From Geosiphon pyriformis uo1 (Eukaryota > Fungi > Glomeromycota): DNA of 64,000 bases. Every line of letters starts with the position of its first letter. Positions within the stretch are counted from its first letter, which is position 1. The stretch lies in the NCBI GenBank assembly GCA_016748015.1, contig JAAOMT010000665.1:186001-250000 (forward strand), written 5' to 3'. Under the pieces are notes generated by a model. It had not been told where the DNA came from, made no database searches, and saw only the letters and a program-made list of their open reading frames with translations. Made by a program: the position numbers and the translations under genes. Below are positions 26,930 to 40,065 of the stretch, one piece after another.

Positions 26930-28723
26930 CTGTTCAAACATCGATTTTTGGATTTACAGGTTTTGTGCTAGACTCTGCTGAATCCTCTTCAATATCCTGT
27001 TAAGCTGAGAGTGAACACTTCAAACAATTTTCTAGTGGGTGTGGTTTGTATATTTCTTGACAACAAGCTGTTTTTGGATAACAGGCTTCCCTGTGCCTTT
27101 TGCTTTCCTGGCCATTTTCTAATGTCATTGGTATTGGGTAATCCTTTGTATTTCAATGTGGTTTGCTTCTTGAAAATTGCTGGTGTGGCATATGGTGACC
27201 AACTTCTGGACAAAAAGGGTTCTGTTGTTAGTTAGTGTACGTTTCACCAATAGAGAAGACTTGGTTCTAGAGGCCCCATGCCTTTATGGTTTTTGAAAGT
27301 CTCTACTTACTTGAATAGTTGTTTGCATGCTTCCTCTTCTGTGAGTTTATCTTCTGTCTGTGCTAGTGTTTTAGATTCAATGTCTTTTGCCGATATTTGT
27401 GAGAAGATTCATGGATTGTGGGCTAATGAGATTGATGTTTATACTGACAGTTCTCTTAGAGGCTTGAGTACGTTTTAGGTGGTGTGTGGTACTGCCACTT
27501 ATTTTTCTAGCTTGAACAAAGGTTTAGGGGTGAAGGTACATAATGTGTTGTCTTCGACTCTGGCTGAATTACAGGCTGTTGTCCTGGCTCTGAAGTGTGT
27601 TCCTACCTCTGTTTCAGTGGCTTTACACACAGATAGTCAAGCAGCTATCGATGCATGTGTGGCCAAATTGGGTTTTTTGCAGCCAGATTGTTGTAATAGT
27701 TGCTGGATAGAAAGGTGCCATATGGTTGATTTGATTAAATCCAAAGATCTGACTGTCCATTGGATCAAAGTTAAAGGTCATGCTGGCATTGCTGGTAATG
27801 TTATGGCTGATGCTTTTGCTGAACAAGCTGTACACTCTAGGGTCTCTTTCCCTGTCAGGATTAATTGTAGATATGTGGTTGCTAATGGCAGATCAGTTTC
27901 TGGTAATGCCCGTTATTTTGTATGTGACATTTTTTGTTCTATTTGCAAGTTTCAATGGGAAGTGGGTCTTGGCCAAGAGGTTTTGTCTTGTTTGTTTGGT
28001 CTGGTTGTCGATTGGAATAGTACTGCTCTAGTTTGGCACCCTGACTCTCACATGCTCTCTGGGAGTATGTGTTAAGCCACTGCTGCTCTTCATATGTACT
28101 TCATGAAAGCTGTTCATTTCAAGTTGCCTGTTGCTGTTTGAAAGAGGCTGTATAATAAGGATTACCCTAATGTGTTATGTCTATTTTGTGGTGATATGGA
28201 ACTCCCCAATCACGGCTTTACTTGTGTTAAGAATGCTTTTGTGTGGTCGGATATTTTGGGTGACTTTGATGGTTTGTGGAAAACTCTGATGGATCCTAAT
28301 CTACTGTTGCCATCTTTTGTGTTGCAAGATCTCTCTCTGAAGGTGTCTGATGTTGGTTTGTATTTGGTTTTTTGCAAGGGATTTGTTCTCAAAAGTTGGA
28401 TGGATGAGGCCATTGCTTCTTTCAGTGACAAGAAGAAAGCGGTCTTTGTGGTAGTGGATTTCATCTGTCATTTAACTAAGAGTTATAGGATAAACCTCTG
28501 GCTTTTTAGAACTAAGTTCAGGTCTGACATGGAAAGAAGTGGTTTAATTGGTAATGTTGTTGTTGTGGCTGGTGCTTTTGGTGTGGGTGCTCTGCCTCTT
28601 TCAGCTGGCATGGTCCGTCTTACTGGTGTATTGGATTCTCTTAATATCAGTTTTGGTTTTAGGAATAGGTTCTTGTTTTTGTCTGGTGCTGTTCATAGGA
28701 TTAGTGTTTCTATAAGTGTGTAG
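26930..28723 (+). pseudogene. LINE-2 ORF2, 3' part: RNase H and C-terminal CCHC finger
   Basis: VYTDSS, AELQAV, HTDSQ, WIKVKGHAGIAGNVMAD; CLFCGDMELPNHGFTC. Confidence 0.9.
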
Positions 28724-28861
28724 TGTTGCCTTGATTGGCTCAAGTGGCTGGTCACATGTAGCAAATGCGTGAACCATGTTTAGTTGGCTACTTTTCTTTG
28801 TAACTTATTCTAGACTTTGGTTGGACTGCACTCGTTAATAAATAAATAAAAAAAAAACATT

Positions 28862-29900
28862 CAATAAAATTTAGAAGATCTTTGATTTTAATGCTTTGAT
28901 TATATTTTAAACTTAGTAGATGACTCTAAATAAAATAAAGAATAATGTTTCTAAGATATTTATTAAAAATCCAAACTGAATATATTTACCTAAAATTTTT
29001 TTAATTTAAACTTTATATAAATTAAAAATTAGAAAACTTAACTCTGTAATTTATATTTTGTTTTAATGTTTTAAGTTTCTTAAATATGTCTGTAATATAT
29101 GTTAAATTAAATATCATAAACTTATTTTAAATTGTTTTACTTAATAAAATTTTACTTATAACATAATTAAAAATAAGTTATCTCTTAAATTAGCAAGTTG
29201 TTTATTTCTAATTCCATATATTTTGAATACAAAAATTTTAACTGTAAATTTATAAACATTAAACACTCTTATTAGTACTTATATTAACTTTTTTCAATAT
29301 GCTATTTTATATAATTAGTGAGTTGTCTTTAATAAAATTGCTAAATTCCTTAAATTATTTAAGAATATTATAGTCAAAATATTAGCCAATTTAAATAATA
29401 CTGTCTTTTTAATTATTCTTTTCTTTAATGTTATTTTTAATCACATCAAAGACACAGTTAATAATAATAAATCTGGTAAAGCATTATAATTTTAATTATA
29501 TTTATTTAATTATTTATTTAACATATTTAATATTAAATCTATTACTTATTATAAAAGCTAAGACAGTAAAAAAAAAGTTGGTTAAATATTACTTTAAAAT
29601 AAATACAACTGTAATGTTTTATACTGCATTAGATTCAAGAAAAAAATTCCATTATTTTACAAAGAAAAAATTTTTAAATGATAATATTAATAAAAAAAAG
29701 AATTATAAGTTATTAATTTATTCAAATAGTTTTATTTTTCAACTTTTACATAATAAATAAACTTTTAAAATACATATTTTTTTTGAAATAAAGTATACAT
29801 TAAATATTATACCAACATCAAATCACAGTTTTTTGTTGAATAGCAATTTTAATAATACTATAGTATCAATTATACAATTCATATTAAAAGCAAACTTCAT
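28862..29900 (+). pseudogene. hAT transposase relic, 3' part
   Basis: F*CFDYILNLV (RCxxHILNL), MFYTALDSRKK (LDPR), decayed dimerisation-domain region; limits approximate. Confidence 0.7.
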
Positions 29901-30055
29901 TGATAATAAGAAAAAAAAAACTTAACAAAATTGATTATTATATTTTTAAAAAGATAACCAATAAGAAAATAGATATAATAGTATATTGGAAGATATATTT
30001 CAAAAAATATTTATCTAAATTAATATTTTATTAATAATTCGATATTTAGACATAT

Positions 30056-31685
30056 TGTTACTCATAAAAATTAAGAATTATAATAGTAAGTAAAATAGCC
30101 AATCAAAAATAGGCATAATAAAAAAAGGAATTTCAGAATTTCTTTCAAAAAATAGTTTTTTATAACTTAAAATAGAATCACATCAATATTAATAAAATAT
30201 TTATTATTATTCAATCTATGTTATTATTACTTAATTAAAAAAATATTAATCCATTTTACATTATTAACAACTTATGTTGATAAACTTTAATACTTAATTA
30301 CATTAAAACAATAGCTTTTGATCATGGCTATTAATAATATATTAATTTCTTAATTTTTTTTTTTTCTTTTTTTTGTTGTTTATTAATTGATTAAAAAAAT
30401 TAAGCACTAAGTATTTGATGTCAAAAATAACTTGATAAAAAATCTAGAAACAAGAATAGAAATTTAAAAATAGCTTATTAAAAAGACATTATTACTTATA
30501 AAAAAGAACATGAGAAAAATAGTAAGAAAAATAGACCAATAAGAGAAGAGTATTGAGCACATAAGCACATTACTGGTGAATTATAATACATTGCTTAATA
30601 ATATGAGCAATATCAGCAAATTATGACATATTGTTCAATAATATAAACAATATTAATAAATTATAACATATTGTTTAACAATATAAGCAATATTAGTAGA
30701 TTAGAGCACATCACTTAGCAATGTAAGCATTACTCAAAAAACTATAGCACATTGCTTATAAATGTGTAAAATCTCATAAAGCATCAATTATATATATTTA
30801 GCAAGAGTATTAAAAGTAGAAAAAACAGAATTTCCAAGCTAAAATCTATAGTAAAAACATCTAATTAAAAGCAGTTTAAATCTATATTATATATTAATAA
30901 ATTATCTATTACTACTTGAATCCATGTTATCATTGCTTGATTAAAAAATATTAAATCATTTTCACTTTATCAATACTCTATGTTAATAGAAGTCAATACT
31001 TAACCACACTAAAACAATAACTCTTGATCATAACTATTAATAAGATACTAATTCTTATTTTTCTTTTCTTATTTTTTTTATTTTTTTTTATTTTTTTTAT
31101 TTCTTTTTTGTTTGTTGTTTTACTAACTGATTAAAAAGATTAAGCACTAAATAATTAATGTCTAGAATAGTCTAGTAAAAGACTTCAAAGAAAGGGTATA
31201 GAGTTTAAAAAATTTACAGATAGCTTGCCAGAAGAGCATAACTGCCAGAATAAACCAGCCACCATGTTGAAAAAAAAAATTTAATAGAATTGTGATTTCG
31301 GGAGACTACTAATACAACCATTGAATCTTTGTTTATTATATAAAGAATTCAACCAAAACTTTCAGACAACCAAAATCTTTAGACAACCAAAACTTTTAGA
31401 CAATTAAAATTTTTAGAATTATTAATCATACTAGTTATTAAGCACCAGTTATAGGTTTGTTATTTATTTCAACCACTCAAATAATCATCTGTAACAACAT
31501 AACTGCTAGAATAAACCAGTTATTATATTAAAAAAAAATTCACAAAAGAAATCATTAATTAAATCTTTGTTTATTATATAAAAAACTCAACCAAAATCTT
31601 CAGAAATTACCAACATTATTAGCTATTGAGCACCAAGTTATGGGTTTGTTATTTGTTTTAACATTCTAAATAATTATTTGTAATA
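30056..31685 (+). mobile_element. Solo LTR, family A, with another family A LTR nested inside
   Basis: TGTTAC...TGTAATA; TSD ATAT/ATAT. Confidence 0.85.
30490..31496 (+). mobile_element. Solo LTR, family A subtype with ~39-bp internal repeats
   Basis: TATTAC...TGTAACA; perfect TSD ACAT/ACAT; about 5 repeat units at 30570-30760. Confidence 0.88.
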
Positions 31686-32836
31686 ATATCAAACACAATT
31701 TTTTTGTCTTGTATATATAACTTGTAATTATTTGGCAATTTAAGAATTATTTGTTGCTTTTAAACATGCTTTTTTTGTAAATAAAAATATAATTACAGAT
31801 ATAAAGTTTTACTTAGTGTCTAAAACTATAAAAGCAGCACAATGTTTTTAATTATAGATGTAGAGATTATTGAAAAGAAAATTAAATAATAATATAATAT
31901 AATATAATGTTTTTAATAGTCGAATCTAAACATGTTTATAAACTTTAGTTCAAACTTAAACCAAACTTGTTGTATGTGTTGGATTCAGTTCAAATTTAAT
32001 AATTTTAAGTCTGGTTTAAGTTTGAGTTTAAAATTTTGCCAAATTTTCTGTTCAAGTTTCATTTAGTTTAGTAGTTTAATTAAACTTAAACCAAATTAAA
32101 CCAAACATTGAAACTCTACTTATAGACAAAATTTTCTTGCAAAAAAGTCAATTTTTACTACAAAATAACTATATAAATAATTAACACAGAATTGGTTATT
32201 CTATTATAAATTCAATAGCATATATAGTTTAAAGTATTGTTATAAGTTAAAGTAACAAGCTAATAGATAGCAAAGAAGAACAAGATTGTAGGGTAATGAA
32301 AGGAATTAAAAAGAATTCAACTTTAAAAAGCAAATTGAATAAGTATAGATTTAATATACAAGATTAGTTTTATAAAATATCTCAGTTACTATACTTTTCA
32401 AAAAATAATTAAGGAATTTGAAGATAGAAAGATAGTTTGTATTGTTAACAAATAATTACACACTGGTATAATTCTATGTCTCATGTTAGCATTCTTAAAA
32501 TTCAATATTAGATATTAGATGTACTCTTTAATCATATTTTATTCATAATCTTCAAATGTTACAATTACACATTTTAGAAAAAAGATAGAGAATAACCAAC
32601 AAGTAATCTTTTATTCCAAGATGTTCAGATACTTAAAAGTAAGAAAAGAGAAATTAGCAATAAAAAAAAGATTAAGATAAAAGTTGTTATTTTATTTATT
32701 TTATTTCTTTAATTTTTGACATGTATTTTTACAGCTAAGAGATTCATTGCTTATATAGCTATTAAAAATAGTCAATAATTAGGTTAATAGTTAAGTTATT
32801 GATCAGATTAATAATTACTATCTAAAAATAAGATGG

Positions 32837-33663
32837 TATTACTCATAGAATATAGAAAATATATAGTAGCATAAATTAGCCAATCAGAAATAACCGTAGT
32901 AAATATGAAATTTTAGGATTTTTCTTAAGAGGAATTGCAAGATTCCAGGAATTTCAAGATTCTTATATAAGGAATTACAAAATTCCAGAAATTTCAGGAT
33001 TTCTGGTGTAAAGAATTGAGAAATCGAAGAATCTTAATTATATATATATAACAATAGTATTAGAAGAAGAAAAAAAAACAGAATCATTTTAGTTAAAGAC
33101 CTTCCAGTTTAATTCTAATCTAAGCAATCTTCCATTCACAAATATTAATAAATAATTATTTACTATTTTAATCTACTCTCCACTATTAACACTTCATGTT
33201 GATAGTAATTGATACTTAATCACACTGGAACAATAGCTCTTGATCATGTCTATTAACAGAATACTAACTTGTAATTGCTTTTGTTTATTTTTTTATCTTC
33301 TTTTATTTTCTTTATTTCTTTTGTATTTCTTGTTGGTTAACTAATTAATTAAGAATTAAAGCACTAAGTTACAGATGTCATAAAAACTGGTAAAAAACCT
33401 GTGAAACAAGAGTAGGACATTCATAAATTTGAGAATAGCTTACCAAAAAGATTACCAGCCACCATGCTGAAAAAAAAATTTGATGGAATTGCGATTCTGG
33501 AAGGCTACTAAATAACTATTAAATTTCTGTTCATTATACAAAGAACTCTGCAACAAAACCTTCAGATCAATCAAACTTTTAGAGATCAACACCAGAATAC
33601 CAATTCAGCACCAAGTTACGAATTTGTTATTGGCTTTGAGACCCCAAATAAACATCTGTAACA
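32837..33663 (+). mobile_element. Solo LTR, family A, inside the Gypsy-2 3' LTR
   Basis: TATTAC...TGTAACA; perfect TSD ATGG/ATGG; absent from the partner LTR at ~40686. Confidence 0.92.
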
Positions 33664-33739
33664 ATGGCTAATTATATGATATTAGTAACTAATATATGTA
33701 ATAATTAATAAAAAGTATAGATTTTAACTATAATATTAT

Positions 33740-34466
33740 CCTCTCCAAAGAGATTGAGCTCTAATGAAATCAAGCTATTCATAAGATAATCTATTTAAAA
33801 AGTTTTGTCTAATTCAAAGCTAACTAGTTTATTAAAGTCTTTAGTGAATAAAGTGTATAATATTTGAGACAAAATGAGTTTTGTATCTAAGAAACCAAAT
33901 TTTTGTATTAGAGTTTTGGCTTTTTTAGCAATAGTTAAAACTCTTAAAATATCTAACTATATCATGTCCAAAATTTTTGCTTGTATCTCTGAAGTTGTTT
34001 TCTTTATTAGTTTTATGTTTTTTATGATTTCACTAAAGTAACTATAGAGTTCTAATTGCCTTTTATATGACAAGTTTTTGTCTATGAATAAAATTTCTTG
34101 GAGTGTTTTTTCAATTATGCTAGAAGATAGAAGTATAGCTGCTATTATATTTTTTAACAAATATTTATCTATTTTACTACCAATTCTTTCTCTTTTGATA
34201 GTGGTTTTCTTGAATCTAATAACAGTATATGTTCTACTATTATCAGTTATGGTGGTTTGTTTTCCAATAGTTAGAATAGCATTTAGATAGTTTTTGATCC
34301 AATACTCATGGAAAGTATAGAAGACATTTTAAATGTTTTAATCCAGGAAATAATTATTCATGTTGATTAAAAATACCTCTGTTTTGGAAATGGTGTATTT
34401 ATTTATACTTGATTTTTGCTGATTATTTAAGTCAGTATTACTATAACAAGCAACTAATTAAGTCAT
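33740..34466 (-). pseudogene. Gypsy-2 accessory ORF3 (~240 codons, unknown function)
   Basis: ATG at 34466 overlaps the integrase TGA (ATGA) and is in frame with track ORF 33957-34160; 3' end approximate. Confidence 0.6.
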
Positions 34467-37400
34467 TTATGATATTTTTTGAGTCATGTACCATAAACAG
34501 AACAATCATTAAAGATTATTCTGGATTGATCTTAAAAAATATAAAAATTATTGTTTAAAACTTTGTTGATTATAAAGAGTCCTTTCTACCAGCTAGAAAA
34601 TTTATTACCATAGATATTGTCTCTGTCTAAATAGTATTTTAATACTAAGTTACCAATACTTAAAGAAAGTGTTTTATAAGTTTTTTTTTTCTTAAGCTTT
34701 TCTTGGAACTGTTTTATCTTTTTAAAAGCAATTATTTATGTTTTTACTAAAGAGTTAAGAATAGTACTAAGTCTTCTTTGCAAAATGTCTTTATAATTCT
34801 TTATTGTGATTTCTTCAAAAAATATTGTTTTAATATCAGTTTCTATTGGTAGTGTTGCCATGCATTCATAGAGCAGATAAAAAGGTTCATAACTTGTTAT
34901 GTCATGATTTACAGTTCTATAAGCAAACAAAGCTGAAAACAGTACTTTGTTTTATAAATTTGTTTTTTCACTGGTTTTGTTCAAAGTTTTACATAGTGTT
35001 CTATTAAAACGTTTTATTAGACTATTTATTTAAGAGTGGTAAAGAGAAAAAAGTTTATGGCATATTCTTATTTTTCTATAAAGTTCTTTAACCAGTGTAT
35101 TGAGAAAAGCTTTTTCTCTATCAGATAAAAGTTTTTTGGGACAGCCATAATAGCAGATAATATTTTTATATATATAAAATTGGCTATTGAGACTGCTGTT
35201 TGGTCTGAAGTAGCTTTTGTTTCTATCCACTTTGTAAGATAGTTGGTAGCTGTAATAATATATCTATTACTATTAAGAATTATTGTTAAGGGTCTAACAA
35301 CATCTATACCAATTTTGTCAAATAATTGGCCAATAGAGATTGGATGGATATTTTCTTTCTGGTTGGGTTTTCCTTTTTTTTGACAGATGTTACAGATTTT
35401 AATGTACTTAGCAATGTTTTTTTCTAAGATAGGCCAATAATAGTGAGCTAAAGTTTTCTGAATTGTTTTTGTTTTTCCAAAGTGTTCAGTTAATAGATCA
35501 GTGTACATGTTGTAGATTACAATTTCTCTTTTTTTAAATCTAATGACTTTCTGAAGGCAGTCAAGATCTTTTCTATTTCTTTTATACAGTTGGTTCTGGT
35601 GAATTAAATAGAAAATCAATTGTTTGTGCAAATGTTTTCTTTGCTGTTGAGTGTATTCTGATGGATATTGTTCTTTACCCAAAAATTTTATTAAGACAAA
35701 ATAGTTGTCCAAGTCCATTATTGTGTTTGTTTATAAGAGTATTATTAATAATTAAGTTGGTTTGGTTAAGAGATTGTATTATTACTGGATGATAAGTCTA
35801 GAGAGAGCATTGGCATTTTGATAATTTGCTTTTTTGCAATATTGAATATCATAGTCGAATTCATTTAGGTAGAATATTCAGCAAGTTATTTATTTATGTT
35901 TTAACTTCTTTTTATTGTGCAGCCAAACCAAGGCTTAATAATCTATTACTACTAGGAATTTTACACCAAAAAAATATTGGTCCCAGTAACTAGTAGCCCA
36001 AACTACTGTTAAGGATTCTTATTCAGTAACTGAATAGTTCTTTTCTGCTGGTGTAAGAATTCTACTAGTATATACTATAGCATGTTTCCTATTATTTTCA
36101 TCTTTCTGTAAAAGAACAATGTTAAGTCTATAGTCAGATGTATTAGTGTATAGAATAAAAAGTTGGTCCAGATCAGGTTGTTTAAGAATTGGTTCAGTAA
36201 CAAGTTTTTTCTTTAAAGTTTCAAAAGTCTTTTGTTAATAAGTGCTCCAGTGATAATTGACATTTTTCTTGAGTAGCTAATTAAGAGAAAAAAAGATTTT
36301 AGAGAAATCCTTGATAAATTTACAATAGTAAAAAGCCAAACCAAGAAAAGAGCATAGTTCAGAAATATTCATTAGTTGTCTAATGTTCTAAATTTTTTTA
36401 ACTTTAGCTGGATCAGAGAAGATTTTATCTTTTGTAATAAAATGACCAAAGAACTAAGTAAATGGTTATCCAAAAAAAAATTTGATTGGGTTTATCTTGA
36501 AACCAGCATTTCTAAAGAGATCAAAAACTTTTTGCAGGTGTTTAAAATGTTTATCTCAAGTTTTTGAGTATACTATTATGTTGTCCAAATAGACCAGAAC
36601 AAAGTTTTCTTTTACTAATTCAAACACTTTGTCTATTAGATGTTAAAAGATAAAAAAAGCATTGATAAAACCAAAAGACATTATAGTAAATTCATAAGTG
36701 CCATATTTTGTAATAAAAGCAGTTTTTTTTCTATTTTCTGTATCTATTTCTACTTGTCAGAATCTAGCAGTTAAGTTAATAGTTAAGAAAAAAGCAGCAC
36801 TATTGAATTTGTTTAGCATTGTATCAATTTTGGAAAGAAAGTACATATTTTTTATAGTAATAGTATTTAATTGACAATAGTCAACACAGAAACATAAAGT
36901 TCCATTTTTCTTAAATATTACTACAACTGGAAAAACCTATTCACTCTTGGTTTCTTGTATAAATTCAAGATTTTTTATTTGGGTTATTTCTTTCTTAATA
37001 AACTCATTATTGTGCCAATTAGATTGATAAGACTTCAAATGAATGATGCAAGTTTCTCTGGTAATGATAATATGTTGTATCACATGAATTTGTCCAGAAG
37101 TATCATCTTTTTTTAAGATAACTGGGCTATTTCTAGCCAACAGATTTTCAATATCTACTTTTTTTTCTTTAAAGAAGGGTTTTTTTATTCTAATACAAGT
37201 GATTAGATCTCAGGTAGTTCACTTTCAAAAGACTTTTGTACTTTTCTTAGTTCTTCTCTTAGTATTAGGCTAATGGATTTTCAATCTTTATAGTAAATTA
37301 GGCAGAATTTGTATTTATTACTAGGAAAATACAAAAGTTTATTACACCAGCACTAAGCATAAAAGCTATGCCACCAATAATTGTATTTTGCTTTCTTGCC

Positions 37401-39990
37401 AAACTTTTTATTAAAGATTCTTCTGAGGATATCATAGTAAGGCCAGCAGATTAACTTGTTATTTACAATGATTTCTTCTCTGTCAGCTTTGACATTGTCT
37501 AGTGGCTTGTTATTGCTGATGAAGATGATATAAGTGAGTTCAGTAGTTTCTTTTTGTTTTTTTTGATCTTCTTCTTTATTATTCTTATTATCATTTGATT
37601 TATCTGATTGCTTATCTTCTTGACTTTGCTTGGATATTAGAGGGGTTGTCCAATGATAATATTTAATCATAATAGACTTCTTATTATATCTAATGGTTAG
37701 TTCACAAAGTTTATAGTCAAGTAGTGCTTTGGCTTTCTTGAGCCACTTATTGCCAAAAATTATGGTGTACTTTTTTACTTCAGATACTTCTATATCAGTT
37801 TCAATACTGATGCTGTTGATGTAAACAAAAACAGCTTTGGCTATGCCCAGATCTTTTTTTTTGTTACTATGTACATTAGTCATAGGTCAGATAGAAGGTT
37901 TATTAATTTTTTTTCTAATGGCTTTTAGAAAGTATTTGGCAATTATACTAACAGATGATCTACTGTTTAGGATTAAGTCAATAAAATAACCAGCCACTTG
38001 GGCTTTGTAAATAAGAGGAATAACATTGCTGTTGTTAACAAATTCAGCTTAACAAGAGTGTTTGTTGGTTTTTGGTGTTTTCTTCTTTGGAATTAATAAT
38101 TTGCAAAGATTTTTTCTGAACTGTGAATGAGTTATTAGTTGGCTAAATATAATATGTGCTAGGGTTTTCATGAAATCTTTAACAACAGAATAAGAACCAG
38201 ATTTTTGTACTATTTCTGGGGGTTTCAACTTTGGAGAATTTTTAAAAACTTTAACCTTTGGTGGCTTATTGTTATTAGCAGTTGATGTAAATGCTTTGTT
38301 TGAGTTCAAAACGAAATTAATCTTAGCTTTTTTCTTTTTTCTTGTTAATTCAAAGGTATTGATTGCTAGTTCATTTATGTCATGATCATTATTAATTAAG
38401 TTAAAAGCATAAAAAGAGTTTTCTTCTGGTTGGCTTGCACTTTTACTCTTTGGAGATGTGCCTACCAATTTAAAGGCTAATAAACAGTGGCTTCAATTAA
38501 GAGATCCTCTCCAAAAAAATTGATATTAGCATGATTGGGTCTTTGATTAGGAACATTGTTGTTGATGGTTCTGTTATTTTAATTGTTATTGTTTCTAAGA
38601 GCTAGAGAAGGCAGAGAAGGATTGTTGTAATCTCTGAAGAAATGTCCAGTTAATTCACAGTGATAACATACAGATAAGTCATGATTTTGTTGTCTTTAAT
38701 AAAAAGGTTGCTAAGGCTAATTAAAATGGGGTTTATATCTGGGTTTTTGGGATTGTTAATTTTCTTTAACTGTTTGGGCTAAGGGTTTCAGTAACTGGAC
38801 AAAATTGGCTGTGAGTTTATTTATCAATTGTTTATTGAGATTTAGAGTTTGAGCAGTAAAAAAAGTGGCAGCCATTTGAGAAACAGGAGTCATAACAGGA
38901 GCAGAAGCAAAAACTAAAAGTGTAGATCTCAAGTGCATCTTTTGATTGTCTTTAATTTGTTGGGCTAGTTCAATGGCTATATTTATTGTAGAATTGTTTT
39001 TTAGGACCAGAAGAGGCCAAAGAGCATATGAGAGATTAGTTCTCAATTCTTTTGTAAAAGAGTAAATTTTCTGCTCTTTTGTCCAGTTTTTTTTAAAATC
39101 TATCTGCTTGATTAATTTTTTAATTGCTTTGGCATATTCAGTTACAACTTTACTAGGATCTTGGGTTTTTTTTTAATTTTATGTGCTATTTGGATATCAA
39201 AATAGGAGTTCTAAATTTTATTTCAAACTGGATAGTAAAATAAGTATTGTTTTCTCCAGTATTTGCTGGTGTTTATCTAATAATTTTTTGCTAAGCATTA
39301 GTATTAGTTTCTTGTAAAAACCAAGTAGCAAGAGAGTCTTAAAGATAGCCATCAATGATTTGGAACTTGTATTCATTATCATATTAGTTGACTGTAGCAG
39401 CTCTTTCAAAATCATTTAACCATTTAATTAGATCTTATATATTACCTCTAAATAATGATAATAGGATATTATTTCTTTACTTTAAAGCAGTTTGTATGCC
39501 TTGGAGGGCAATCAGAATGTTTTGTTGTATAGAGTTATTAGCCATTGGTTTAAGAGTAGCTGTTTGTATGGAATGTTTTGATTTACTTAAAAAGAGATCA
39601 AAAACAGGAGTGGTTTGATAGCTTTTTTCTTCTGTTTTAAAGGATGTTTTAGCTAGCTAATAGGCAGCAATCCAAATGTAAACTTGGTAATTTAGGTATT
39701 CAGAATCAAGGGGCTGTTGTTCAAATGTTGTGAAATATAAAAGCTGATTGATGCTGTTATTTTTTTCTTCAAAGTTGTTTTCAAAGTAAGCTTAGTCAAA
39801 ATAATAAGTTGTATAAACTGTATAGGTTTCAGCTAAATGTTCATTCAGAAACCAGTTCTAAAAGTTTTGAAATTGTCTATTGAATTGTTTTTTAATGGAA
39901 AAGCAAATCAAGCAAAAAGACAAAGAATTGAGTTTAATAAAGTCTAGATCATTTTTGTTGTATACTTCAAAGTGTTTTTCTAATTGTTGT
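34463..39990 (-). pseudogene. Gypsy-2 gag-pol
   Basis: Knuckle CYHCELTGHFFRDY; LILNSRS (DSG); CFCVDY, LVYLDNI; AEKNYS; integrase EHFG..CNICQ, IGIDVV, LLSDREKAF; many stops; start approximate. Confidence 0.88.
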
Positions 39991-40041
39991 GACAAGTATG
40001 AATAATTACTTATATGATAGAAAACAAAGTGGATTTTGACA

Positions 40042-40059
40042 ACCTCACAGGGAGCACCA
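40042..40059 (-). promoter_or_regulatory. Gypsy-2 primer-binding site
   Basis: TGGTGCTCCCTGTGAGGT starting 6 nt after the 5' LTR. Confidence 0.85.
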
Positions 40060-40065
40060 CTTTTA

